The position numbers and the translations under genes are program-made. This document shows positions 30,809-40,188 of a stretch of DNA of 64,000 bases, in pieces. The stretch is from sequence record NC_049438.1. One strand, 5' to 3'. Every line of letters begins with the position of its first letter. Position 1 is the stretch's first letter. This DNA comes from Acinetobacter phage vB_ApiM_fHyAci03. The notes beneath the pieces are model-generated. The model saw nothing but the letters and a program-made list of their open reading frames with translations, had not been told where the DNA came from and made no database searches.

Positions 30809-32890
30809 ATGTTAGAAACATTAACAGAAGCACAATTAAATGAAGTGCTTGAAACTGAAGGCAATAATTATGATGTGGTAGATTTGATGCCTAAAGCCAA
30901 AACACCGCAAATGTTTTTGCTAAAAGGTGATGGCATTGACAATTTAGTTGTTCGTTTAATGGCACAAAAGGAAGGCGGTGATACACTACGCAATCTTATG
31001 CCTAATGATAAAAATGTTGTAGTGTTTATCATGACACTAAATGATAAAGGTAACTTAGCTGAACTTAAAGGCGGTCTTGGCGCTAATCCACTTAAAGCAC
31101 TTACTACAATTTTTGATACTGTTTATAGCGCAATCAAGCCATCTGTGGTAGAAACTGTTATGTTCAGATTCCCTGCAAAGAAAATGGCAGGTCAAGAACG
31201 CGGTATACGACGTGTATTGGAACGCCTTATTCAGGTACGCGGTAAAAATCGTTTTGTAGTTTTATCTGAAATGGCAAGCTTCTCTGCCAAATATTCATAC
31301 GTAGTTGCGCATAAACGAAATTTAGAATTGACCGACATCCCTGGTGCATCAATTGACACTGAGCGTTATAAGAAAGTTGATACTAAGGTCGGTGAAGTGT
31401 ATATTGACAATGAAACAGGTAAAGACGTATCAAAGGCAGAAGCTATTGCACAGGCTGTTTCTACTGCAGCTAGTAAATTAACTACACAATCAGTTATCGC
31501 AAAGTCTAAAATCAGCCGCCGTGAAGCAATGGCAGCGATGTATTCATCAAGTGAATTTAGTGGCAAACCTGACGCACGTCGCCAAAAATATGATGATAGC
31601 CATGCAGTTGTGCCGGCAACAGGCAATAAAACTCTCATTCAACAAAACATTAACAATATTGATCTAAAGAGCATTGGTCAAACGCTGATGGAGTACGAGC
31701 ATGCAACATGGGAAGATGAAACAAAATCAAGAATTGCTATTACTCCAATAAGAAATATTGTTGTTCCGATGATCAATGATGTATTCGGTCACAGATCTAC
31801 GAGCAAAGAAGGCAAAGCAATGGCTTCTAATATCATTAGAGGCATTGGTACCATCATTGCTGATGCTAACCCTAAAGATTTGCAGTCAATGATGGTAAAA
31901 ATTTCAGAATTCATCTCGACTACAAGTTTTGGTGAACTTGACAAAACTGGGAGAATTAACTTCACTAGAGGTATAATTTTTGGATTGTTAAATGGACCAA
32001 TTGGTGGCAGAATACGTATTGCATATGAAGATGATGAGGCTGAACATAAGATTCGTCGTCAATACACTGAAGATCAGGTTGAGGCCATTAAAGCCTATAC
32101 AGGTTCAGATTTTTCTGACATTAATGGATTCCTTATTGGACACTATGGCACATACCCAGGCCTAGAAGAAACTATTGCACATTTAGATGAAGCATTCAAA
32201 AATGGGACCACTCTAGAACGCGGAACAATATTATACCGCGGTCAAAGTGTTAAGTATGGCCAAATGAAATCAATTATGGATACAAAAATGATGTATTTTA
32301 GAAATTTTGTATCTACATCGTTATATCCAGTGATTTATGGTGGATTCGCAAATGCAGTTGCAAATATTGAACCTACTGCACAAGATCAAACCCATTTCAC
32401 ATCTGCAGATTTATCAAAATCTACATCATATACAGGTGATGCACATGATGCGATGAATGCTGGTACAATCGAAGATTCCAATTATAGCGTATCAGTAGCT
32501 ATGGTGATCAAAGGAGCTGATAAAATCAACGTTATCGTTCCTGGCAATATGTCTTCATATCCAAACGAATGCGAAGTAATTTTACCTCGCGGCACAATAC
32601 TTAAAATTAATAAAGTTGTTGGAGAATCATTTGACTTTGGAGACTCTAATAACTCTATGCTAATGGAAACAACAGTAGTTGGTCCTGATCAGATCGATGA
32701 AAATACAGAAATGTATGATGGTGACCTATTTTTAAGTGAAGGGCGATTAGAAGTCATAAAACCAAGTATTGGCGCATTTTATAATAATGAAGTTATAAAT
32801 GAAGCCGTTATCCCTAATAATGATGATGCAACATCCATATTATTATCATTGATTGATTTTACTGGTATGCCGCAAAAGTTCATTGATTAA
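30809..32890 (+). CDS. alt: Alt-like ADP-ribosyltransferase (packaged host-modifying enzyme)
   Basis: 693 aa against T4 Alt at 682 aa, positioned after 54. ART R-S-E triad YRGQ…FVSTSLYP…ECEVILPRG. Confidence 0.8.
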   Translation: MLETLTEAQLNEVLETEGNNYDVVDLMPKAKTPQMFLLKGDGIDNLVVRLMAQKEGGDTLRNLMPNDKNVVVFIMTLNDKGNLAELKGGLGANPLKALTTIFDTVYSAIKPSVVETVMFRFPAKKMAGQERGIRRVLERLIQVRGKNRFVVLSEMASFSAKYSYVVAHKRNLELTDIPGASIDTERYKKVDTKVGEVYIDNETGKDVSKAEAIAQAVSTAASKLTTQSVIAKSKISRREAMAAMYSSSEFSGKPDARRQKYDDSHAVVPATGNKTLIQQNINNIDLKSIGQTLMEYEHATWEDETKSRIAITPIRNIVVPMINDVFGHRSTSKEGKAMASNIIRGIGTIIADANPKDLQSMMVKISEFISTTSFGELDKTGRINFTRGIIFGLLNGPIGGRIRIAYEDDEAEHKIRRQYTEDQVEAIKAYTGSDFSDINGFLIGHYGTYPGLEETIAHLDEAFKNGTTLERGTILYRGQSVKYGQMKSIMDTKMMYFRNFVSTSLYPVIYGGFANAVANIEPTAQDQTHFTSADLSKSTSYTGDAHDAMNAGTIEDSNYSVSVAMVIKGADKINVIVPGNMSSYPNECEVILPRGTILKINKVVGESFDFGDSNNSMLMETTVVGPDQIDENTEMYDGDLFLSEGRLEVIKPSIGAFYNNEVINEAVIPNNDDATSILLSLIDFTGMPQKFID

Positions 32891-32892
32891 AC

Positions 32893-32925
32893 CGCAAAAA
32901 GGAGCCATTTGGCTCCTTTTGTGTT
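32893..32925. terminator. Bidirectional terminator (AAAAAGGAGCC-ATTT-GGCTCCTTTTG) between alt and the convergent gene 30
   Basis: 7-bp GC stem with flanking A-run and T-run. Closely related in sequence to the terminator at 17410. Confidence 0.7.
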
Positions 32926-33107
32926 ATAACGTGTGTGCTATTCGATTAACTTCAATACCATTAACATTTTCATATGTTATTAGACCATCTATAAACTTAT
33001 CACGTTTAAATGTGCTGTCAAAATTAATCAGCGTCGTAGATGTAGATATTGCTACTTCTTGTCCTATGCATATTTTGCTATGAATTTCTAAAAGAACTTG
33101 GTACATG

Positions 33108-34598
33108 TTATACCTCGATCACGTTTAATGCTTCAGGGAACATGTCTTCAAGAGTATTAGTTTCATCTTTATCTCGACGAAGACATTCGATTACTGGCAA
33201 GAATAATGATACATATTCAGTACGTCCTTCGGCAGCAATCCATCCATTACACTTGATAGATACTACAGTACCAATAAGATCATCTTGTTCTAACCAAAGT
33301 TTACTACGATTTAATTCGTCTAATTGATCATATGGAATAGGAATCCATTCACCTTTAACTTTGACCGCATTTGTATCGGTGAATCCAGAACCACATTTAA
33401 CGCGAATTAAATTATCATCAGATCGCAAGAATACTGCACCAAGTTTAGTTGGGTCTTTGCTATGTTCCTGAACTGATACTACACGAAGATCAATGATAAT
33501 TTCTTCTTTAAATTTGACCTGATTTTTAGAACGTTTGTTTTCCCAAAGTGCAAAAGTATTTTTAAGAATGATGCCTTCGAGTCCTTGCTCAACATATTTT
33601 TTATAGATCGCTTTAGCTTCATCCAGGTTGTGTACAAGTGTGGATTCAATAAGAAGAACACGATTTGAATGTTTTAGAATTGAAGTTAAATCAGCAAAAC
33701 GTTCAGTGTACTTTTTACTAGTTTGTCCATCATAAACCACGTTTAATGGAACTAAATCCCAGACTTGGAAACTTAATGTTTCAGCTTCTTGTTTAGAAAT
33801 AGTACCTTTAAGAGATTTATTTGCAAGCCCATTTGATTCGGAACGAAGTACAACATTTTTCTGGTCGACTTTAAAATCCTCATCAACTTCTTGTGCATCG
33901 CCAAACAAGTCTTCAAGGTCAACTTTATTTTTGACTGGACGACTAACTGCAACTAATTCACCATCAACCATTACAGGGCCATGTTCTTGGCGATACGAAC
34001 GAGTTGCTGCAATTAATTCTCGAGCAATATTATCTAAACCTTTATATTCATTACCTGCACGACTTAAGAATTTTACATCTTCAATGTTATCACCACGAAT
34101 TTCAGCGAAGCATCGGGCACCATCAGCTTTAAGTTGGGCAATTGCAGGAAATTTAATGAAACTTAAAGCCTTTTCACTCATCGATGATGCCAACATTTGT
34201 GGTTGTGATGGAATTAAACCTTTCCATACTTTATTAGCAATTGTTGCTGATGCACCACATTCAAGATCACGTTTAATAATACGACAAACAACTTCAGAAT
34301 CTTCAGGTTGGAGTGCTGAAAGTTTTTGTGATAATGCGCCAATCGCAGTATTGCCAGTAAGTACACGAGTCGCTAGATCACGTTCTAAAAATTCTAAAAC
34401 CGAATCTAATTCAACGTCTACCAATTTGCGAGAATTGTCATAGTCTGGAATTTTTTTGATGCCATATTGCAAACGAGGATGATATGCCATACGATACACA
34501 TTTTTAAGTGTTTCATTATCGGCATTTGCCTTTAAGATTGCAAGTTTTTCGTTTGTTGAATCTGTCGATTCGATTGCTTTTAAAATATCTAAAATCAT
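33108..34598 (-). CDS. 30: DNA ligase gp30 (ATP-dependent)
   Basis: 496 aa against T4 gp30 at 487 aa. Adenylation motif KADGARC. Confidence 0.85.
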   Translation of the reverse strand: MILDILKAIESTDSTNEKLAILKANADNETLKNVYRMAYHPRLQYGIKKIPDYDNSRKLVDVELDSVLEFLERDLATRVLTGNTAIGALSQKLSALQPEDSEVVCRIIKRDLECGASATIANKVWKGLIPSQPQMLASSMSEKALSFIKFPAIAQLKADGARCFAEIRGDNIEDVKFLSRAGNEYKGLDNIARELIAATRSYRQEHGPVMVDGELVAVSRPVKNKVDLEDLFGDAQEVDEDFKVDQKNVVLRSESNGLANKSLKGTISKQEAETLSFQVWDLVPLNVVYDGQTSKKYTERFADLTSILKHSNRVLLIESTLVHNLDEAKAIYKKYVEQGLEGIILKNTFALWENKRSKNQVKFKEEIIIDLRVVSVQEHSKDPTKLGAVFLRSDDNLIRVKCGSGFTDTNAVKVKGEWIPIPYDQLDELNRSKLWLEQDDLIGTVVSIKCNGWIAAEGRTEYVSLFLPVIECLRRDKDETNTLEDMFPEALNVIEV

Positions 34599-34628
34599 AG
34601 GATACTCCAGTTTATAGAGACTATTATA

Positions 34629-35288
34629 TCACACTTCATCAGAAATTAAAACTGAATTTGGCAAAATATGTGCTAAATAGTGTAAACGAACTTCATGCAA
34701 ATCCTCAACTTGGATATGGTCAAACTTTGGACGAGGGCGTGGACCTCTACATAAATGATAGCGTGGAATTGAATCATCAATTGATGCACAGGCGTCAAGA
34801 TTTTCTGCTAAGTCATCGATAAACATCACTGCATTGTATTGTTCAATTGCTTTACATAAGATTCCGCGTTTTGATTCTCCTGGACCACAAACAAGAATAT
34901 CTTTGAAAGCACCTGGAAATAATGCGTTGAGATTGAATGCACGATTCATGATTGTTTCTTTGTCTGTACCAAGAGCAGTTACTGCAACGAAATCCCAGTG
35001 TTGTTTCATTTCGTTGATCATTTCTAATGCATCATCATAAGGCGCAAGATACTTAATAAATTTGGACTTGTTGTAGTCCTTTAAAAATGTCATTGAAACT
35101 TCACGACTCATGCCAAATAGTTCTTCTGGGCTAATGAAAGCTTCATCTATCATCATATCAAGTGCACGTTGAGCTGGGATGTTATGCTTTGCCATATAAT
35201 ATGGCAGCCCGGATTGCCATTTAACACATACGCCATCAACATCAATTAATACCACTGGGCGTTTAGATTCATCACGATTAAAATTCAT
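34629..35288 (-). CDS. HAD-superfamily 5'(3')-deoxyribonucleotidase-like protein (NT5C-like)
   Basis: N-terminal VLIDVDGVCVKW, the DxDG(V/T) motif of HAD/NT5C-family nucleotidases. Later FIDD acidic motif. Confidence 0.5.
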   Translation of the reverse strand: MNFNRDESKRPVVLIDVDGVCVKWQSGLPYYMAKHNIPAQRALDMMIDEAFISPEELFGMSREVSMTFLKDYNKSKFIKYLAPYDDALEMINEMKQHWDFVAVTALGTDKETIMNRAFNLNALFPGAFKDILVCGPGESKRGILCKAIEQYNAVMFIDDLAENLDACASIDDSIPRYHLCRGPRPRPKFDHIQVEDLHEVRLHYLAHILPNSVLISDEV

Positions 35289-35289
35289 T

Positions 35290-35772
35290 TCATTTGCCTG
35301 AATAAGTAAGTTCTAGATAAGGAGTGTATTCATCACGAATCCTGTTCAGAATTCCGATAAATTCTGCTTCGGTAAGAATAGTATCAAATGGATCTGATTT
35401 CCCAATTGAATGTTTTAAAGTTTTGCCAATAGTTTTGTACAAAGCTTCTTGGTAGTTTACATTTTGCGCAAAACAATGCATGTATGCTTTGTACAATAGT
35501 TCTTGATAAAATTCCGAGTGCCTATCAAATGGTTTACCTTGCCAATATAATGTTTGATTCTTAATTGCGCAATCACGACCTGCTTTCTTCGCAGGAATTC
35601 CATGCATTGCAAAGATTTCTTTTTGGCGTTCAGGATTGCTCTCTCGTAATCCCTGCAAGAACCCTTCAGTTGAACCAAAGAACATATCATCCATTATAAA
35701 AGGATTTTGTGTTAAGTTGCTGAGTTGTCCTGCTGGACCAGGCAATCTAAAGTATATATCTACAATATCCAT
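35290..35772 (-). CDS. NADAR (YbiA-like) domain protein, a candidate ADP-ribose N-glycosidase
   Basis: 160 aa. Pattern F.STEGFLQGLR…EI…IPAKKAGR…W…Y..LL.KAYM.CF.QN parallels the YbiA/NADAR signature F.SAEH.FQA.KF…EI…A..LGR…W. Recalled from memory and not verified. Confidence 0.4.
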   Translation of the reverse strand: MDIVDIYFRLPGPAGQLSNLTQNPFIMDDMFFGSTEGFLQGLRESNPERQKEIFAMHGIPAKKAGRDCAIKNQTLYWQGKPFDRHSEFYQELLYKAYMHCFAQNVNYQEALYKTIGKTLKHSIGKSDPFDTILTEAEFIGILNRIRDEYTPYLELTYSGK

Positions 35773-35837
35773 AACAATCTCATGTTATTTTGATAGATTA
35801 ATTATACCACATATCGAGGAGGATGTAAACACCACAA

Positions 35838-35862
35838 AGGGCACAATGTGCCCTTTTTATTT
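35838..35862. terminator. Bidirectional terminator (AAAGGGCACA-ATG-TGCCCTTTTT)
   Basis: 8-bp stem with T-run, between minus-strand ORFs. Confidence 0.6.
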
Positions 35863-36097
35863 AAAGCTCCGTATGAATTTTATTATCAATTTCTTGGACT
35901 TTTGCAAGTAAATGAGAAACTAAAATACCGATATCTGTATAAACTCGTTTCTCATTAGGAGTTTTTACCGTTTTTTGCTCTTGACTAACATCTCGCAAAA
36001 ATGATTCAATCGATTTTCTAAGATTTGCACTTTTGCTAACTAAAGTAGATTCATTTAATTGTTCTGATTCTACTACAATTTGTTTAAATGATTTCAT
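35861..36097 (-). CDS. Hypothetical protein (30.x region)
   Basis: 78-aa ORF, ATGA-coupled to the upstream ORF. Confidence 0.35.
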   Translation of the reverse strand: MKSFKQIVVESEQLNESTLVSKSANLRKSIESFLRDVSQEQKTVKTPNEKRVYTDIGILVSHLLAKVQEIDNKIHTEL

Positions 36098-36417
36098 TAT
36101 AATGATCCAATGTATGTTGCTGATTGTTCTGGGATATGAATTGATACCCAGAGTTTACGATATAATTCTACTGATTCAAAATGTACTTCATTTGCATTTT
36201 CTTTGTGTGCATACTGAAATAATTCAGGATCATTGCGTAAAATAAAACTTCCTTCTAATTCAGAGCCGTCTGAAATAATAACAGTTTCACCTGGTTGGCG
36301 TGTTTGATTCATTTCAACAAACACATAATCCTTTGGCCCTAATTTTCTAGGCGTCTCAAGAGTAGTGTTATAGCCTGCATCTTGGCTATCTTCTTTAATT
36401 TGTTGATATGTTTTCAT
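36097..36417 (-). CDS. Hypothetical protein (30.x region)
   Basis: 106-aa ORF. Confidence 0.4.
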   Translation of the reverse strand: MKTYQQIKEDSQDAGYNTTLETPRKLGPKDYVFVEMNQTRQPGETVIISDGSELEGSFILRNDPELFQYAHKENANEVHFESVELYRKLWVSIHIPEQSATYIGSL

Positions 36418-36426
36418 TTGGCTTCC

Positions 36427-36699
36427 TTATTTTAACGTTACCACTAAACGCCGAACTTCTTTGTTTGCACGCGAGCATAAGGGCTTAGCGTACTTAATCG
36501 AATCAATTTGATTGATAGATTCTAATAAGCGTTTTTGTGCAGGGTTGAGATGATTGAACCGATCTAAAATGGCTTTTGCTGCACCTAAGATGTCAAGCTC
36601 TGTGCCATAATTTTCATGTCCTTTATTCCAGGCTTCTCGTTGAATCATCAATATTTTTCTGATGTCCATGTTTTTCTCGTTTATTAATAATGTTAACAA
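36427..36699 (-). CDS. Hypothetical protein (30.9-like position)
   Basis: 90-aa ORF preceded by a minus-strand TATAAATA at about 36729..36736. Confidence 0.4.
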   Translation of the reverse strand: MLTLLINEKNMDIRKILMIQREAWNKGHENYGTELDILGAAKAILDRFNHLNPAQKRLLESINQIDSIKYAKPLCSRANKEVRRLVVTLK

Positions 36700-36712
36700 T
36701 ATTTATAAACGC

Positions 36713-36740
36713 GAATGGCATGCTTAGCATGCCATTTTTA
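36713..36740 (-). terminator. Terminator hairpin (AATGGCATGC-TTA-GCATGCCATTTTT) after gene 31, overlapping a minus-strand late-promoter TATAAATA
   Basis: 10-bp stem plus T-run on the plus strand and A-run upstream. Its reverse complement contains GTTTATAAATAT. Confidence 0.55.
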
Positions 36741-36745
36741 ATGAA

Positions 36746-37075
36746 TTAAAGATTTTTATATACACACGCAATATTACTAAAGTGTGTAGTTATATACTTG
36801 TCATCGCGATCTTTAGCTTCGCAAATACCTGCAACAACATCAGGATGAGGTACATTTAATTTTTCGCCTAATGGAAATGGCGTCTTGTCACCAATTTCAA
36901 ATAATCCAAATGGAACTGTAGGCCCAATAGCAAAGATTTCACACATATTAGGGATTTCACTTTCTTGCTTTGGAGGCAAAATAATACCTGATGCAGTTTT
37001 TTGTGCTGCACCTGCAGATTTAGCGACAGCTTTAAGAATTACATTACTTCCGAGTGCTACGATTTGTCCAGCCAT
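36746..37075 (-). CDS. 31: Co-chaperonin gp31 (GroES-like, capsid folding)
   Basis: 109 aa against T4 gp31 at 111 aa. The C-terminus …THFSNIACVYKNL matches the T4 …CHYKAIPCLYK pattern. Confidence 0.8.
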   Translation of the reverse strand: MAGQIVALGSNVILKAVAKSAGAAQKTASGIILPPKQESEIPNMCEIFAIGPTVPFGLFEIGDKTPFPLGEKLNVPHPDVVAGICEAKDRDDKYITTHFSNIACVYKNL

Positions 37076-37416
37076 TAGATTGTTTCCTCTTCAAGATTAA
37101 TTTGAGCATGTTTTAATAACGTATTGATATTTATACCATCGATGCCAATCAAGTTGTCCAATTTGAATGAGCGCCAACCAGAGGATGTTTTATCGAATAC
37201 TGAAATTGCTTCAACACTCGTACGGGATGAGGGTTTGTACCCGTAGCATTCAGAACCTAATTCTTCCGTAAGAACTGCAGAATCTAGTGTACCTTGCAAT
37301 ACTCGAATATCACCATTGACCTTTTGAAAAACGATTTCATGTGTACCAGAACGAAGCAATGTTGATAAGTAAGAATGAAGTTTTGTATAACCGTGTTTAG
37401 TTAAATTTAAACTCAT
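37075..37416 (-). CDS. Hypothetical protein (rIII/31.1-31.2 position)
   Basis: 113-aa ORF between gp31 and cd. Larger than T4 rIII (82 aa), so identity uncertain. Confidence 0.35.
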   Translation of the reverse strand: MSLNLTKHGYTKLHSYLSTLLRSGTHEIVFQKVNGDIRVLQGTLDSAVLTEELGSECYGYKPSSRTSVEAISVFDKTSSGWRSFKLDNLIGIDGININTLLKHAQINLEEETI

Positions 37417-37964
37417 TGTTCAACTCCATAGTTAGTAATATTTGACCAATCGAGATTTTTTAACGATTGTTTGTTGATTTGAAATACATTGATTCCTGCC
37501 GCTTCGAGAATTTTTTCCCAGCCTGGCAAGTTTCTATCATATGTCTCTGAGTAGACCAATTGTTTAATGCCACTATTGGCAATAGCTTTTGCGCAATCTG
37601 GACACGGGCTAAGAGTGACGTACATTGTAGCACCGTCAATCGACGTGCCATTTTTTGCTGCATATAATATTGCATTAAGTTCTGCATGGATTTCATTAAC
37701 TTTGGACCATTCTGAGTGAGCGTTCCGACATTCGGCTTTGAGAAGTACTTTGTTGATGTGTGGAGGTTTCGGATTGTATTGGTTAATTGTCCATCCTTCT
37801 TGTTCGGCATGATCACAGCAATTTACTCCTCCGGCTGGTGAACCGTTATACCCAGTTGAAATAATACGTCCATTTTTGGCAATAACTGCGCCAACCTTCC
37901 AAGACATACATTTTGATTCTTGTGAAACTAAATATGCGATTTGCATAAACGTAGATGATTTCAT
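37413..37964 (-). CDS. cd: dCMP deaminase
   Basis: 183 aa against T4 Cd at 193 aa. Zinc-binding deaminase motifs HAE(LN) and PCPDC. Confidence 0.85.
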   Translation of the reverse strand: MKSSTFMQIAYLVSQESKCMSWKVGAVIAKNGRIISTGYNGSPAGGVNCCDHAEQEGWTINQYNPKPPHINKVLLKAECRNAHSEWSKVNEIHAELNAILYAAKNGTSIDGATMYVTLSPCPDCAKAIANSGIKQLVYSETYDRNLPGWEKILEAAGINVFQINKQSLKNLDWSNITNYGVEQ

Positions 37965-37971
37965 TTCATTA

Positions 37972-38046
37972 CCTCATAGAATAAGGCTATTATATTTCAA
38001 ATAGCCTCATAGAATAAGGCTATTATATTTCAAATAGCCTTATAGC
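37972..38046. repeat. Tandem 33-bp repeat (2.2 copies) of CCTCATAGAATAAGGCTATTATATTTCAAATAG. Each unit carries an 8-bp-stem hairpin (AAGGCTAT…ATAGCCTT).
   Basis: Read directly. Located between the cd start and the end of the next minus-strand ORF. Confidence 0.8.
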
Positions 38047-38047
38047 T

Positions 38048-38362
38048 TCATCCAATACACAAATAACGAGAATTACGTGTTTCGACTAATGTGAATTCAC
38101 TGTCGATAGATGAAACTGATTTAACTATTGATGTACGAATCATGTCGCCATCATCAAAGCGTTCATGTTTATCAAAGAAGATTCGACCGCCAAACGAGAA
38201 GCCAGGCACAACCAAGATTAAGCCAGTACAGTCATGCTCTTTAATGAATTTTTCAGCACGCCCATCAGCTTTAAGTAAATCGATCATTTCATCGACACTT
38301 GATTTAGAAGGCACTTGGTTTAAGGTAACATCAATTGCTTTTAATTTTTGATAAAGGTTCAT
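38048..38362 (-). CDS. Hypothetical protein (cd.x / pseT.x region)
   Basis: 104-aa ORF. Confidence 0.4.
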   Translation of the reverse strand: MNLYQKLKAIDVTLNQVPSKSSVDEMIDLLKADGRAEKFIKEHDCTGLILVVPGFSFGGRIFFDKHERFDDGDMIRTSIVKSVSSIDSEFTLVETRNSRYLCIG

Positions 38363-38886
38363 TGTATTTCCTCAACGTGGTGTACGTAATATTGTCCAGC
38401 AGAAGCTACAAGAAACTTCTTGATTGCTTCTACTGCTGAAGTTGCATAAAATTCATCTTGTGGTGGATATTTTAGTTTAGTGTCATGAGTGTACCAAATT
38501 TGGTATTTTTTAATATATCCAAAATGAATTAAAGCATCACGATTATATTTGCCAAATGTGCCTTCCATTAGCTTATCTGCAGTAACCCATTCCACTAAAC
38601 CTGTTTCAGATTCAGCTAAAGGCTGATAAGGTTTCATGCTTGATGGAATTGCATGAAATGTGCTAACTTCAAATTCACCATCAATTGCAATGTATGGGTC
38701 ACTTAAATCAAGAACTGTAGGCCAGATGCCGGTCTCTTCAAGGCATTCACGTTTAGCACCTTCAACAATTGTTTCGCCTAAATTGACTTTACCGCCTGGT
38801 AAACCAAAATCAGTTAGGTCATCTTTGCGACTTACTGCAAGGAATTTTCCATTATTTTCAATAAGTACACATGCTGCATAACGCAT
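38359..38886 (-). CDS. Nudix hydrolase
   Basis: Nudix box GGKVNLGETIVEGAKRECLEETGI (Gx5Ex7REUxEExGU). The start was moved to the ATG at 38886, 1 nt after the pseT stop and with a GGAG ribosome-binding site. The longer track ORF overlaps pseT by 200 nt. Confidence 0.75.
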   Translation of the reverse strand: MRYAACVLIENNGKFLAVSRKDDLTDFGLPGGKVNLGETIVEGAKRECLEETGIWPTVLDLSDPYIAIDGEFEVSTFHAIPSSMKPYQPLAESETGLVEWVTADKLMEGTFGKYNRDALIHFGYIKKYQIWYTHDTKLKYPPQDEFYATSAVEAIKKFLVASAGQYYVHHVEEIQ

Positions 38887-38887
38887 A

Positions 38888-39820
38888 TCAAAACTCTCCG
38901 AAGTTAACTTGACAACAATTGACACCAATTCGTCGCCATAACTCACAGACTCTGTCGCGATCGTCAAAGGCGCATTCAACGTTATAGTTGTCCGCAATAT
39001 GAGTCCAGAAGATTTCTTCCTTAGTGACATCATCTTTGCGTCGATCATCATGAGCTCGCATATATAAATTGTCCCATGGGATAGCATTATACGACAACCA
39101 ATCCGCAGTCATGTTATAGTACTTTAGATTATCATCTTTAGTACCAGAGTTACGTCCGGATACACACAAAATTTTGTACCCATTTTGTTTGTACATTTTA
39201 AGAATATTGACCACGAATTCTACTGGAGTATCTTTATCGAGTTTCCAGTATGCAAATGCATCACGATGATCGTTATTAGCTAATGTGCCATCAAGATCAA
39301 AAATGACTGCCTTTGGTAATTCAGGATTTGGCACATATTGACGGTGCTTTCCTAAGTACTTTTGCATACGTAAATACATGTCACGAAGTACTGGTTTTGG
39401 AACGGCTTTGTTGCCACGCGTCAAATTACGTTTTTCGAGTTCTACCCATGGCACATCAAATGGCATTTCTTCATATGTGATTTTGCCATCATGGTGCTCT
39501 TGTTCTTTAATCAAGAAATTATAAATTGACTTGCGTGTTGATTCATTCAGGTTTGTATCTGCGATAATGATACGATCTGTAACTTTGTCAGCTAATGCAA
39601 GTTTTAAAGTGTGCATTAAGGATTGAGTTACTAATGCTTCGTTTTCACGAGAGTATTTGTATTTGCCACCAAATAGTAATGCTCGCATATCATCACGTGT
39701 TAATGTGATAGTTTTATTACCCTTTCGAGACTTTTCGACTTGTTCTAGGGCCCAAGTAGATTTGCCAGAGCCAGGTGCTCCTACTGTAAGAATTACTTTC
39801 TTATCCATCATTTGCTCCAT
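38888..39820 (-). CDS. pseT: Polynucleotide 5'-kinase/3'-phosphatase PseT (Pnk)
   Basis: 310 aa against T4 PseT at 301 aa. P-loop VILTVGAPGSGKSTWA, phosphatase motif AVIFDLDGTLA, and a C-terminus (…EEIFW.HIA…DDR..V.E.WRRIGV.C.QV..G.F) matching T4 as I recall it. Confidence 0.9.
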   Translation of the reverse strand: MEQMMDKKVILTVGAPGSGKSTWALEQVEKSRKGNKTITLTRDDMRALLFGGKYKYSRENEALVTQSLMHTLKLALADKVTDRIIIADTNLNESTRKSIYNFLIKEQEHHDGKITYEEMPFDVPWVELEKRNLTRGNKAVPKPVLRDMYLRMQKYLGKHRQYVPNPELPKAVIFDLDGTLANNDHRDAFAYWKLDKDTPVEFVVNILKMYKQNGYKILCVSGRNSGTKDDNLKYYNMTADWLSYNAIPWDNLYMRAHDDRRKDDVTKEEIFWTHIADNYNVECAFDDRDRVCELWRRIGVNCCQVNFGEF

Positions 39821-40107
39821 TCAATACATAAAAGGCCTCGAGAAAGGTATGCAGAATACCCAAGTGCTTGAAGTTGTCGTGTAACTTCATTTTGAACATC
39901 GAGAGGAGTGTTTTGTGATATTTCAGGAATGTTTTTTGATGCACAAACAATCACATTGTAATTGCAAACAGATTCACCCTGTCGAGCACGAAATTCTATA
40001 CACTTATCGATATTTTCCATGGTTAACGCAGCAAGCTTTTTGAGTTCTGCTTCTTTAGCCACCAGTGCAGCATTTGTTACAGCTTTGCGTTCTTTGGCGG
40101 TAATCAT
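39808..40107 (-). CDS. Hypothetical protein (pseT.1 position)
   Basis: 99-aa ORF. Confidence 0.4.
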   Translation of the reverse strand: MITAKERKAVTNAALVAKEAELKKLAALTMENIDKCIEFRARQGESVCNYNVIVCASKNIPEISQNTPLDVQNEVTRQLQALGYSAYLSRGLLCIEWSK

Positions 40108-40188
40108 TTTGATTTCCTCATTTGATGATGTGATAATTATATCACAAACTATTGCTCATGTAAAACTTTCTTGCGAAATTAATTGATG

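Noticed and set aside
37972-38046. Possible CRISPR array
   Set aside because: There are only ~2.2 directly abutting repeat units with no spacers, and no cas genes, so it is a simple tandem repeat.
38887-39087. Long N-terminal extension of the Nudix ORF (track start at 39087)
   Set aside because: It overlaps 200 nt of pseT in another frame. An internal ATG at 38886 with a GGAG ribosome-binding site, 1 nt after the pseT stop, is a far better start.
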